From Trypanosoma brucei (lineage: Eukaryota): a stretch of DNA of 64,000 nt. Below, piece by piece: positions 46,118-57,686 of this stretch. How positions within the stretch are numbered: position 1 is the stretch's first letter; the number at the start of each line of letters is the position of its first letter. A model generated the notes under the pieces. The model saw only the letters and a list, made by a program, of their open reading frames with translations, was not told the origin of the DNA and ran no database searches. The stretch spans positions 1,344,001-1,408,000 of the forward strand of contig CP000068.1 in the NCBI GenBank assembly GCA_000002445.1. Reading direction: 5' to 3'. Both the position numbers and the translations under genes were made by a program.

Positions 46118-47635
46118 TTATATAAGCAAAAATGCAAGCAAAAGAGGGGCTTTAATTACAGCTGAAATAACTGCCGCTCCCTCTTTAACTTTGAACTGTT
46201 TTTTCTCAGCGTTCCAAGTGCATTTTGTCTTGTCACATTTACCTTCTTCAGTGGCTTTGCACTCAGCTGCAGTTGTTTTATTGTCCCCGTCTTTCTTTTC
46301 TTCTGTTTTGTCTGCTGAATCTGTTTTTCCGTCTCCCTTAGGTGTGGTTTTCGTTGTTGCTATTGCTTTTTTGGTCGCTTCATAATGGCAGATCGCTAGC
46401 CCGAGCCCGTAGTCATCGCCGTCGACTAGGTCAGTGAGGCTTTTGCCGCCGTCTGTCGCAGTGGATTCGAAGTCAAACTTTTGGGAGTTGTAGGGTTCTA
46501 CGAATTTAGCCTCTGCGGTTTTGTCTTCTGTGCCTAACAGTTTTTCCGCTTCCTCTTCTTTCTGCTTTGTTGTCGTTTCTTTGGTCGGTTTGCCGTTGAG
46601 TGCCAGGTATGCTAGCTGTTGGACATCGGCTTCTGCCCGTAGTGCCTTTATTTTTTTGGTAAGTGGCCTTTCTGGCATCTTGGGGAGGTTGTTTCTTATT
46701 CTACACAGAGTGTAAGCTAGGTGTTTTGCTGTTACGAAATATTTTGTTTCGGGTTCCTCCTCAGCAGCGCATTCTTCGGTTTCCTTGTCACCGCCGACTA
46801 AATAAGTTGTTTGGGTGGTATATGTCGATTTTGTTGGCGATATGCCGAGAATGATCATTCCGGTATCGATGTTGCCCTTGTTGTGGCCTGCAGAGCTGCT
46901 GCAGCCATCTTTGGTCGTTAGCGGGGCGTTGCCGGAGTTCACGTCCCCTTTGCCACCAATTTTCACCGTTAACTGGTGGGCGGCGAATTCGGCGTCTGCT
47001 ATTGGCGTATAGCTCCTTAGAGTGACGAGCTTTGCCGCTGCTGTTTCTTGTGAGTCGTAATTGCCGTTTTCGACCGGGCAAGCTTCGCCCGTTGTTGGGG
47101 CAAATTTCGGTTTTACTGTACAACTTCGGCTGCTGGCGCTCATTTCGGTTGTTGCGTCAGCCGTTTCTGCTGCATCTGGGTAAGTTACTTCGCCGGGCTT
47201 TATGCCCATGAGGGTTAAAAGGTGGGCGTTCCTTTTGTTCAGGACCGTTACTGCTGCTGTTACGGCGGCTGATTTTGTCGTTAGTTCCATGTTGGCTTTA
47301 CGAAGGGAATAGTCCGTCAGGGTTTCTAGCAGGGTTAGCGCAGACGCTCTGTTGGCGTCTTGTTCTTTGCATAGCGCTAGTTTGATCTTTCTGCTGTCGG
47401 ACGCTAGCTCGGCTAGGGTTCTGCGGGCGCCAGCTAGCGAAGCTTCATAAATTTGTATCAGCTTGTCATTGAACTTTTTTTCCTGACATGGATTTTTTAT
47501 ATTGGTATTGGCTTCAGTGCCTTTTGCCGGCTTGTTCGCACATGCCAGGCTGCTTTGTAGGTATAGTGCTGCTACTGCTAGCATTAAATAGTTGATTAGT
47601 TGCTGCAGTTGAAGTCTCATTGCGAGTATGAACAC
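46118..47635 (-). CDS. VSG: VSG (VSG-2), intact 505-aa ORF
   Basis: Signal peptide (MRLQLQQLINYLMLAVAALYLQSSLA), an N-terminal domain and a Cys-rich C-terminal domain. A GPI signal (…KVKEGAAVISAVIKAPLLLAFLLI) is present. The 3' end and 3'UTR are conserved with VSG-4. Confidence 0.9.
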   Translation of the reverse strand: MFILAMRLQLQQLINYLMLAVAALYLQSSLACANKPAKGTEANTNIKNPCQEKKFNDKLIQIYEASLAGARRTLAELASDSRKIKLALCKEQDANRASALTLLETLTDYSLRKANMELTTKSAAVTAAVTVLNKRNAHLLTLMGIKPGEVTYPDAAETADATTEMSASSRSCTVKPKFAPTTGEACPVENGNYDSQETAAAKLVTLRSYTPIADAEFAAHQLTVKIGGKGDVNSGNAPLTTKDGCSSSAGHNKGNIDTGMIILGISPTKSTYTTQTTYLVGGDKETEECAAEEEPETKYFVTAKHLAYTLCRIRNNLPKMPERPLTKKIKALRAEADVQQLAYLALNGKPTKETTTKQKEEEAEKLLGTEDKTAEAKFVEPYNSQKFDFESTATDGGKSLTDLVDGDDYGLGLAICHYEATKKAIATTKTTPKGDGKTDSADKTEEKKDGDNKTTAAECKATEEGKCDKTKCTWNAEKKQFKVKEGAAVISAVIKAPLLLAFLLI

Positions 47636-48934
47636 ACTTTTCCTTCCGTTCTAAAATAATGGCGCTGGTGCACCTTGTTCTCGATGCATTTTTAAATATA
47701 TAGGAAAAAAGGGATATTTTTGCATTGCTTCATCTTACTGCTGCTTTTTAAAAAAAACTGTGGGTCAGTTGATGAATTAATTATTTAAATTTATTCCATA
47801 ATGGTATAAAGATATATCTGTTGCAGGTGCAGTTTTCTCTCCAAAGCATAACCCTGTTAATATTTAAAATGCCTCATATGATGGTACACCTAATGAATTT
47901 ATCATTTATGTGTTGCAACAGGTTCTATCTTGTGCCAATTCACATACAACAGTTTGCGTCGTAACAACCAGGAAACGTTGTCTCCAGTCGCGGACACGAA
48001 TGTTTTTTTTTTGACCATGTTGTTTCCGTTTGTTCAACTGCTGGCTTATAATCCGTAACTTTTGTTAATGAATCGACTTTGTTTACACTTTTATTCTGTA
48101 AATGACAGCTTCCAACTCCTGTTCGGCGACAACCTTTACATGGATTACTCGTTCCTTGAAATCTATTAACGTTTGGGCGCTGTACCAACACAGAATTGGA
48201 GGGGTATTAGCATTGATTCTTTCCACTTCATAAATTCCCTTAAACAGATCATAAATTCTTCACCTTAAGCAGTGTCTAATTTTCCTTATTGTTCTTCTCT
48301 CCACATTAATCCATTAGAAGTTAAAGTTTTAAAACCTTTTTCTTGATAATATTATATTGTTTTTCACAAGTTTTTGTCAATATTACTATATCTGATGAAA
48401 AGAAGAGTTAGCTATTACTTCATACTTACTCAATCCCTTCTTTTTCTTCTTTTTCACAGCTGTATATTAGAATTCTTCATTGGCCAAAAAAAAACAGTCA
48501 GCACCATTACCTTTGCAACAGTATCTATCGATTTTTGAGTAAAACTCAGCTCTCATAATCTACTCCTCTTCCTCCTGATGTATTACTTTCCTCTGTGGTG
48601 TACTCTCGTGCACCCCATAATTGTACTCTGTATTCTTTCCTTTTTTCTGTTATTTTCCATCACCATCAATGTAATCGGAACCCCATTTGGTCTGTGCACT
48701 GTCTCTGCCTCACTACTCACATTCACCTTGTGTATGCTGATATACATTTTTATATTTGTGTAAATGGATGCTTATATCCCATCTCTCCTTTTGTTCCCTG
48801 TCTTTCTACGTTCTATGTAACTATATTCTTCGTGCTTTTTCTTAACTCACTATCTCACTAATTCAATTACTTTCATTAACACCTTTCCATCGTTTAAACT
48901 TTCTGCTTTTGCAGCCATTATCATTACTGCTCTT

Positions 48935-49005
48935 GTTATAATATTCATATATACATGTTGACAACGCTCTTCTATTATTATTATTATTATTATAAACCTA
49001 AAAAA
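48935..49005 (-). repeat. Degenerate single 70-bp repeat unit upstream of VSG-2
   Basis: atattcatatatacatgttgacaacgctcttctattattattattattat. Confidence 0.55.
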
Positions 49006-49236
49006 CATACTTATAATAAATTACATAAAACAAATTAGAAGATTACTCATTTTTCGTTCCATATCACCTTATTGCTTTACACTCATAAGCCATTATCATA
49101 CCAAAATTTTATATATTTTAAATTACAAAAATTTTCAAAAATCAGAACATTTCATCACACAGTGTTAATATACAATACATTTTAACAAGTTTTTTAATTT
49201 TATAAATTTAAACAAATAATCGTAAGTTGTTCTTAA

Positions 49237-50658
49237 TTATAGAAGAAAAACTGCAAGCATAAGAGGAGCCTTATTAATTACAAATAAATTGCTTTCTGTG
49301 GTGTTTGTTTTTGTTGTTTTCCCATCTTCTCCTTTTTTATCTTTTTTTTGTTGTCACTGTGTCAGGAAAGCATTTTGGTGTTTTGCTATTATCAAATTTG
49401 CATCCCGCTTTTTGGCAGGGGCCTTGTTCTTTGTGGTCCTTGTACTCTTATGTTGTTTTGGATACCTTACCTCCATTTTTTGCCGCTTGTGCCTGGTCAA
49501 GCTCTTTTTTTAGTTTAGCAAGCACCTCTTTGTCTGATGCGCGTAGAATTCTATCGTTACGCGTAATGTTTCGGTTTGTTGTATTTTTTCGATTGTTGTT
49601 GGTTCCTCCGTTTCTTTCATTATGTCAACAACGGATGCGTCTTTTATTTCCTTTCAGAGTTTTTCTAGTGGGGTGCCCGGGTAGAAAATTTTGTTTTCAC
49701 TAGGTTGTCCGCTTCGCTGTTGGCATCAGCTGCAGGCATATTGTACGGAGCCCTTTGGAGTAGCCGTTTGAGTGTCGGAGTGAGCTGGCTGTCTTCAGCT
49801 GCTTGTTCTATCGCTGCTTTGCCGACTTGATTTTTGTTTCCCTGTATGCGCTTTTTGGCCGTGCTGTGTCCGCATGCACCGTTATTGACAGGGCGTCGGT
49901 TAGTCTGTTGTTTGCTGTGCCTACTTTCGTGAAGCCGGACCTCGCCACTTGTTCTGCTGTCGTGCAAGTCAGCATGCCATCTATCATTTCGGCGTCCGCT
50001 GTTCCGGCACCCCAAGTTTGGTGGCTTGCCGCTTGTGCTGTAAATGGACACTTGTTGCTGTCGCCTACGCCGTTGGTGTTTTCGACGTCTGTGATCGTTT
50101 TGTAGCCGTTTTCGTCCAGGATATCGTCGTCGATGTTGTCTGCCGTTGTTGTTAGATCATGTATTTTGCCTTTGCAGCCTGCTGTTGTCCGTTCGGCTGC
50201 TGCGTTGCTAGTGGCGCCGCTGTTTCCCAAGAAGTATACCGAGTCGTGCGTTGCGGTTGCTAGAATTTCAATGACTTCGTGTATTCGTCCGACCAACTCC
50301 TGACTGAACGTCAGTGCTTTGATGGCTGTTGCCGTAGTTGCGTGTTTTGCGTTTTGCTCATCGTCTGCTTTTTTGAGCAATGTTTGTCCGAGAGCAGTTA
50401 TTGCGGCTGTATCTTTGCTATCATCCAGAGTGTGACCGTAGAGTAACGTTTTGAATCCCGTAATTTTGTAGGCATTGGAAGACGCTTCCTGCCTTTTTAA
50501 CGCTGTTGCAGCTACGGAGGGTAACATCCGCAGTTCCTCTTCTAAGCCACACAGCGGTTTTTCACGTTTTTTTTTAGCGCCGCAAGCGTTCCAGCCACGT
50601 AAGTTGTTACTGCTGTTGCGATAACGTATGCAATTACTATTTTACCTGTTGTTGTCAT
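49237..50658 (-). pseudogene. VSG: VSG pseudogene (VSG-3) with multiple frameshifts
   Basis: The signal peptide (MTTTGKIVIAYVIATAVTTYVAG), N-domain (49808..50527 ORF) and a recognisable C-terminus/GPI signal (…KTNTTESNLFVINKAPLMLAVFLL*) fall in different frames. Confidence 0.75.
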
Positions 50659-51639
50659 TTGTTGCTCTTTAGGTTGTTGGCCGCTAAAGTGTAAAAAATT
50701 TTTTGAAAGGAAATCTCTTGACTGAAAGAATAAAATACGTAGGCCATACAAAGTTTGCTCTTCTATCATTGTTGTCGTCATTTGAGAGCTTGCTACACTG
50801 CATTGCATTTTCGAACATCGTTTTCTTCGCTTGGTTGGAGAATGCTTATTTGTTGCATCGTTACAGGGAAGGTTGCTGGTCTCGGTAGGCACCGAAATTC
50901 TTAGTGTGACATTTGTCTATCGGCCGTTCATATCTGTCTGATTTTGTCTCATATACTCGTGAGACGTGGTGATTCGCATCGCTTCTTCCGCACTCGCTGA
51001 AGAATCATATTCTGATAATTTTTCCATGTCGTTCCCTTTGACTGCTCACCGTCAACAAAGGTTATAGTGAATGCCGACACCTGCTGAGGTGGTATGCTAC
51101 GGTTAATCAGTCGTCTACATGGTACATAACCCATATTGTATTTATAAAACGCTTAACCCTCTGCTTAGTGCCTACTATCAGGATTTAACAACGAGCCAAT
51201 TGCCACAGTCAATACCGTCCTAGCAGTGAAATCTCTCCATTTTTACTGAAATAAGATGGAATTATTAACTTCTTTTCCTTATCCTTCTATACCACATTCC
51301 TGTTTGTTTTTTGTCACTGATTCAGTTTATTTACCCAGAATTATTCTTTCTTTCCTTCTTTTCCGATACTTTTTTATCAGTACGAACAACGTAGTGACAG
51401 CACTTGACCTATACACTTAGCTCTGTCTCTCCCACATAGCCATCCACCCTTTTTATCGTGTATTATAATGTCGAGAGTCACATACGCATTTGAAACTACA
51501 ACCTATTCTATTTTCCTCTCTTTTTCTTTTTTCTTTTTCTTTCTTACAATTTCTCCTAACATTTTTTTATTCACATTGCACCCTTACATTGTGGTTATAG
51601 TGATTCTATTTTTACATTCCATTTAGTTTAAAATTTTCT

Positions 51640-51775
51640 CATTATAATATTCGTATACACACACTCACAATACTCTTCAATTATTATTATTATTATTAAT
51701 CTTATAACCACTATTATTATTATTATATTTGTATATACACTCTCACAGCGCTTTCCTATCATTTTACTATATTTT
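51640..51775 (-). repeat. 70-bp repeats (~2 units) upstream of VSG-3
   Basis: attataatattcgtatacacacactcacaatactcttcaattattattattatt… and a second unit …tttgtatatacactctcacagcgctttcc. Confidence 0.8.
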
Positions 51776-52073
51776 TACAATTGTTACCATATTATTACTG
51801 CTATTATAACCCTAACTAAGTTTTATAATATAAAAAAATTAGAATAATACTTTACTTTTATACCCTATTTTTCTGCTAATTTGCTTCATAGGTCAATTTC
51901 AAACAATAATTTCATATTTTATAAAAATTATTAATTCTATGAAATTTCCTTAATTTTCACATTTCGAAAAGGTTTTACGAAATATTTAAAATAAATCAAA
52001 TGTTAGAAAAAATTATAAAATTCTTTAAAAATAGAAAAATATCGTAAATTTCATAAGAACTTTTAAAAATTAA

Positions 52074-53534
52074 TTATGGAAGCAAAACTGCAAGCAAAAG
52101 AGGGGCTTTAATTACAGCTGAAATAACAGCCGCTCCCTCTTTGACTTTGCACTGTTTTTTCTCAGCGTTCCAATCGCATTTTGTCTTGTCACATTTACCT
52201 TCTTCAGTGCCTGTGCAATCAGCTGTGGTTGTTTTATTATCCCCGTCTTTCTTTTCTTCGGTTTTGTTTTTTGTGTCTGTTTTCTTCGCGCCGTCCTTTT
52301 CCCTGCCGTCATCGGCTTTTTTTTTAGTGTCTGTCCTTCTGGCATCCAAGTAAGCGAAGGCTTTTACTGTGTTTCCATCTTTTGCTATTTCTAGAAGCTT
52401 GCCAGTTTTGGTTTTATCTTCTGTCGTATACGTCGCTGTTACGCTGTTAAGGGTTTTGATGAAGTTATTTTCGAAGTTATTTCCCTTGGTGCTGTACATG
52501 TCCTTAAGTTTGGCTTCTATCTGCTCCTTGGTCATCTGTTCCCCCGTTGTTTCTGCGATATAGTCAGCAAAAAGTTGCTGGTTTGCCCTGTTTGTGGCGA
52601 TCGTGTCACCGCCGTAGTCTTCTGGTTTAGAAATGGCTGGTTTGCTTGCGTGGAGTGCTCGGCAGACCGCAGCGATGACATAGTCGTTGTTTGTGATGAT
52701 CTGTTCTTTGGTGTCTGGCTCCGGTATGCAGTTTGGTCCTGGACCTGGTGGCTTGTGGAGTTGTACTGGTTCGGCTGTTGCTTTCGCTGACGGATCTGCT
52801 GAAATATCCAGTTTGACATAGACGTCGGCGCCTCCGCTTGCGCTTGTTGCGCATTTGCCGGGCGTTAGTGGAGCCAGGTTGTAATCGGCTTGGTTGCCCT
52901 TGGCTGTGGATACGACTTTTGGTTGCGGTGGCGCCAGCGATTCCTCTGTCAGCAGTTTTATTGTGTGTACTCCCTCCAGGTTTAGCGTCTTGTCGCCGTT
53001 GAAGATCGTCGTTAGGTCGTCTAGTTTACAGTCTGGTTTTGTTGATGCTGCTGTGGCTGGGAAAACCTGTGCGCATGTAAATTCGCTGGCGGCGCCGGTC
53101 CCTTTTGTTGGCGCGGCCGCCGCCTTTTTATAGTCAATGCTGTCTAGTGCAGCTGTGTATAACGCCCTCCGCCGAAGCCTCGTGACAGCTGTTTGTATTG
53201 TGTCGGTGTATGTTTGTATTTCTTGTTCTTTTCGCCTTACCTCCTCTTCCGCGGACGAGGCCAGAAGGTACGCTCCTCCCCGGATGTCTGCGGCTTCTGC
53301 TGCTTGTGCCAGCAGCTTCCACGCATTCAAGTGTTGTTTTAGTGTTGTTAGTGCTTGATTGAGGCCTGTTGTACGGCCTTCCAAATCCGTTGCTAGGTGC
53401 GTAGTATACTGCGCCTCAAGACACCTTGACGTTATCTTTGTACTCGCTGGTTCCGTCTTTGCTCGCACGCCGCTGGAAGTTAGAAACGTGCATATAAATA
53501 GCATTGATTTCAGTTGCGGAGGGTTTTTAGACAT
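52074..53534 (-). CDS. VSG: VSG (VSG-4), intact 486-aa ORF
   Basis: Signal peptide (MSKNPPQLKSMLFICTFLTSSGVRA). The C-terminus (…GKCDKTKCDWNAEKKQCKVKEGAAVISAVIKAPLLLAVLLP) is near-identical to VSG-2 over about the last 65 aa plus ~40 nt of 3'UTR. Confidence 0.9.
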   Translation of the reverse strand: MSKNPPQLKSMLFICTFLTSSGVRAKTEPASTKITSRCLEAQYTTHLATDLEGRTTGLNQALTTLKQHLNAWKLLAQAAEAADIRGGAYLLASSAEEEVRRKEQEIQTYTDTIQTAVTRLRRRALYTAALDSIDYKKAAAAPTKGTGAASEFTCAQVFPATAASTKPDCKLDDLTTIFNGDKTLNLEGVHTIKLLTEESLAPPQPKVVSTAKGNQADYNLAPLTPGKCATSASGGADVYVKLDISADPSAKATAEPVQLHKPPGPGPNCIPEPDTKEQIITNNDYVIAAVCRALHASKPAISKPEDYGGDTIATNRANQQLFADYIAETTGEQMTKEQIEAKLKDMYSTKGNNFENNFIKTLNSVTATYTTEDKTKTGKLLEIAKDGNTVKAFAYLDARRTDTKKKADDGREKDGAKKTDTKNKTEEKKDGDNKTTTADCTGTEEGKCDKTKCDWNAEKKQCKVKEGAAVISAVIKAPLLLAVLLP

Positions 53535-54810
53535 TTTTTCAGCGCTTTTGTTGCTTGACTATTCCTAGTTATTTCTAAATGAATAAAGACAAATAAATTT
53601 ATCGCATTCAAGGGACAGCTCGCGCTTGGGTTATGTGATTCTTTTTGCGTATTTATCCGTTATAATGCTGAGAAGATACCACTATACTGGGCTTGACGCC
53701 ATGTTTTCCAGCTCACTTTTGTGTCTGTTGGTTTTTCACGTTTTTCATTATGATCGCTGGTCATACCTATTTCATCTTATCTAATAAAAAGGCTGCTTTT
53801 TGTCGCAATTAGATATATTGAAATCGAACCAGATAACTGTTCTGGTGTGTTTTGTGCGTCCCTTGGTCCTTTTCTTTACTATTAACTGAAATTATTTCTT
53901 GTGTCTCTTTTTTGGTTATGCCGGTGTGAATATATTTCAGATGCTTTGTGCTTCGAAGGAAGGAGCAAAAGAGGGTACGTTCTACTGCCATATTTTTTTT
54001 CGCAATACTGAAACAAAAAATGTGCTTAGGTATATCAAAAAAGTTTCTACACTTCTTAGTTAATGTCTACTGTGGCCTACATTTTTATCTAACAAAAAAT
54101 AAAATTTTTGGTTTTTACTGTAAGCCGACAGCAGCTAATTCTTTGTAATCGTTCTGAGCTGGAACAACTAGGAAGTACTACTTTTTCTCACATACACAAC
54201 TGCTCTTATTCTTTTCTCCTGCATACTGTGTGGTTATATTTCGATGGCGCTAAATCTTCGTCGATTTAATACTCCAAAGTGCTCTTTTAGCTGCTATTGC
54301 TTTATTAACTCTAGCTGAAAGCCTCGGACCAGCAATCGCTTTTACGTCGATTAGTCGCTCCTTCAAATATCTTAGTGTCTGTGCAGAATACCAATTACGA
54401 ATTTGAGAAGAATCTTTGCTAATGCTTTCCAATTCACACATATCCTTTTCTGGTTCATATACGCATCTTTTTATTCTTTTGCTGATGGTACTTACTGGAG
54501 TTTCTGTCAGCGACTTCTGCTGGTGGTAGACTCGTCGTTAATAATGGGTGCGCCTTAGTAGATGCATTTGCTCTTTGTGTTGTTCTGTTCTCCACATTGG
54601 TAGAAACACCCATATTATTTCGTATGATTCTCTCCAGTTATTTTTGGTTTCTGGGGCATCACATAATCCATTTTCCTTTGTCCATTTAATTTTTATAATG
54701 ATATTCGTTTCCTCTGCTTTCCATACCTTTTCGGTTACTTAATATCATTGTACCATTTTATTCTTCTAAGTTCTACAAAGGGGGAAGTGGATCTCGTCTT
54801 CTTCACTCTT

Positions 54811-56270
54811 ATTATAACATTAGTATATACACACTCACAACACTCTCCTATTATTATTATCATTATTATTATTATTATAATTATTACTATTACTGCTCTC
54901 ATTATAATATTCGTATATACACACACTCACAACACTCTCCTATTATTATCATCATCATTATTATTACTGCTCTTATTATAATATTCGTATATACACACAC
55001 TCACAACACTCTCCTACTATTATCATCATCATTATTATTACTGCTCTTATTATAATATTCGTATATACACACACTCACAACACTCTCCTACTATTATCAT
55101 CATCATTATTATTACTGCTCTTATTATAATATTCGTATATACACACACTCACAACACTCTCCTATTATTATCATCATCATTATTATTACTGCTCTTATTA
55201 TAATATTCGTATATACACACACTCACAACACTCTCCTACTATTACTATTACTATTACTATTACTATTACTATTACTATTACTATTACTATTACTATTACT
55301 ATTATTATTATCACTATTTTCATTATTATTATTGTTACTGCTCTATTATAACATTAGTATACACACACTCACAACACTCTCCTATTATTATCATTTTTAT
55401 CATTACTATTATCATTATTATTATTACTGCTCTTATTACAATACTTGTATATACACACACTCACAACACTCTCCTACTATTACTATTACTATTACTATTA
55501 CTATTACTATTATTATTATCACTATTTTCATTATTATTATTGTTACTGCTCTATTATAACATTAGTATACACACACTCACAACACTCTCCTACTATTACT
55601 ATTACTATTACTATTACTATTATTATTATCACTATTTTCATTATTATTATTGTTACTGCTCTTATTATAATATTCGTATATACACACACTCACAACACTC
55701 TTCTATTATTATCATCATCATTATTATTACTGCTCTTATTATAATATTCGTATATACACACACTCACAACACTCTCCTATTATTATCATTTTTATCATTA
55801 CTATTATCATTATTATTATTACTGCTCTTATTACAATACTTGTATATACACACACTCACAACACTCTCCTACTATTACTATTACTATTACTATTACTATT
55901 ACTATTATTATTATCACTATTTTCATTATTATTATTGTTACTGCTCTATTATAACATTAGTATACACACACTCACAACACTCTCCTATTATTATCATCAT
56001 CATTATTATTACTGCTCTTATTACAATACTTGTATATACACACACTCACAACACTCTCCTACTATTACTATTACTATTACTATTACTATTACTATTATTA
56101 TTATCACTATTTTCATTATTATTATTGTTACTGCTCTTATTATAATATTCGTATATACACACACTCACAACACTCTTCTATTATTATCATCATCATTATT
56201 ATTACTGCTCTTATTATAATATTAGTATATACACACACTCACAACACTCTCCTATCATTATTATTACTTA
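54811..56270 (-). repeat. 70-bp repeat array (~19 units of ~76 bp) upstream of VSG-4
   Basis: The period is ~76 bp: attataatattcgtatatacacacactcacaacactctcctattattatcatcatcattattattactgctctt. Some units carry (TAC·TAT)n expansions (55241-55300, 55470-55520, 55590-55630, 55870-55910, 56055-56100). Confidence 0.92.
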
Positions 56271-56405
56271 ATTTTTATTATTGTAACGGTAACTGTTATT
56301 CATAAAATAGGCAAAAAAGCTTTTATCAATAATTCTTAAAAGTGTTATTCTTGATGTAAAATTTGCAAGCAGAAGAGATTCCTTGTTTATTCTAATAAAA
56401 TTACT

Positions 56406-57686
56406 TCAGGTGGTGTTTGTGGTTGTTTTGTCATCTTTTTCCGCTTTTACTCCCTCTTTAACTTTGCATTTTCCGTCTTTGAATTCGCAATCCTTGTCGT
56501 TGCATTCATTTTCTTTTGTGTCTGGCTTGCATTTTTTTGTGGCTTCGCTTTTTTCTGGTTTTGCTGCTGTGGGATTCGCCGGTTGCTTGCTGTTGGCTGC
56601 TGTTGCTAGCTGAACTGCTAGATCGGCTGTTCCAATCGAGTCATATAGTGTTCGGGCTGTTGCTGTCAGTGCCTCTACTTTATGTGCTGCTGACCGCATC
56701 TTGGATGCTTCAGCTTGTGCTGACTTCATGGCTTGTGTCGCTGCGTGGAATTTTTGTACCCAGGGAATGGCGTCGACGCCGCCTGCCGTTATGGGCGTTT
56801 TGTAGTCGACGCATGCGTTCTGAGTGCCGGTTTCTCCCGTGCAAGCGGCTGTGTTCCCGCCGCCCAGTATCGTTGGGCCTTTCGCGCCCCTTACTGTGGT
56901 GCCCAGTTCGTTGGCTACGCCTGCGATGATCGCTGCTAGGTGCTCAGCGGTTGGTGGAGTTGCTGTTTTCTTGCCTGGACAGTGCTGCTTGACTGCTTGG
57001 AAGGCCGTTTTTGCTGCTGTCGCTGTGTCTGTCCCACCAGTTCTGTAGTTTGTGTCGCCGATGCCGTTGCCGCAGACGTTTGTACCGCTGGCGCTAGCGC
57101 ATATGCACGCTATGTCAGAAACTATAGATTTTCCCGCTTTGGTACCGCTGGTCGTGGTACACGCGAGCGTCCTCGTATCGTACGCGTCGTCGGAGTTATC
57201 GTCTCCTGACGTCGTTGCCGTCCGCGCCAGCTTAAGGTTGTTATTTATGCTAGCGACCGCGGTTGCTATCGCCTGTTTTGCAGTGTTGTAGGCGTTCTTT
57301 GCGGTGTTTGCTTCTTTGGCGAGCTTTGTTAGTTGTTCGTGCGCTGCCGCTGTCAGCTTATCGGAGGAATAGCGCTGGTACGGCGGCTTGCCTCCTGCGG
57401 CTGACGGCTGCATTAAGGCCTTCTTTTTGGTTTCCCACGCGTCGTTGTCTGCGAAGCCGTCTGGCTTGCCTTTTGTGAAGTTGGTCTCAGGTAGCGTCAT
57501 CAGCTTCATGTTTTCGATATCGCTTGTGTCTGGTTCGGCTGTTGGCGGGGTGTACATTTCCGGGGTCGCTGCTTTGAAAGTTGCTCTGTACGCTTGGCAG
57601 AGCACGGCGAATGCCCGGGCGTTTTCGGCTTCCGCGTTCGTGCCGCCGATCACAAAAATGATTGCTAGTGCTGAGCTTCTTGTCAT
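56406..57686 (-). pseudogene. VSG: VSG (VSG-5), 426-aa ORF ending in TGA inside the GPI-signal region; C-terminally defective
   Basis: The N-domain is intact (MTRSSALAIIFVIGGTNA…). The ORF ends …KDDKTTTNTT-TGA-SNFIRINKESLLLANF, whereas VSG-3 reads …KTNTTESNLFVINKAPLMLAVFLL*. The downstream frame is degenerate and has no proper terminator. Confidence 0.7.

Noticed and set aside
54811-56270. Regular ~76-bp repeat array that superficially resembles a repeat-spacer (CRISPR-like) structure
   Set aside because: The organism is a eukaryote and there are no unique spacers. The units are the canonical trypanosome 70-bp repeat.
54748-56305. Six-frame ORFs of 75-200 aa rich in Tyr, Ile, Leu or His (e.g. 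55540..56145) across the 70-bp repeat array; also the poly-Asn ORF at 59502..59771
   Set aside because: They are translations of simple or tandem repeats ((TAC·TAT)n, (ATT)n) with no start or stop context. They are not genes.
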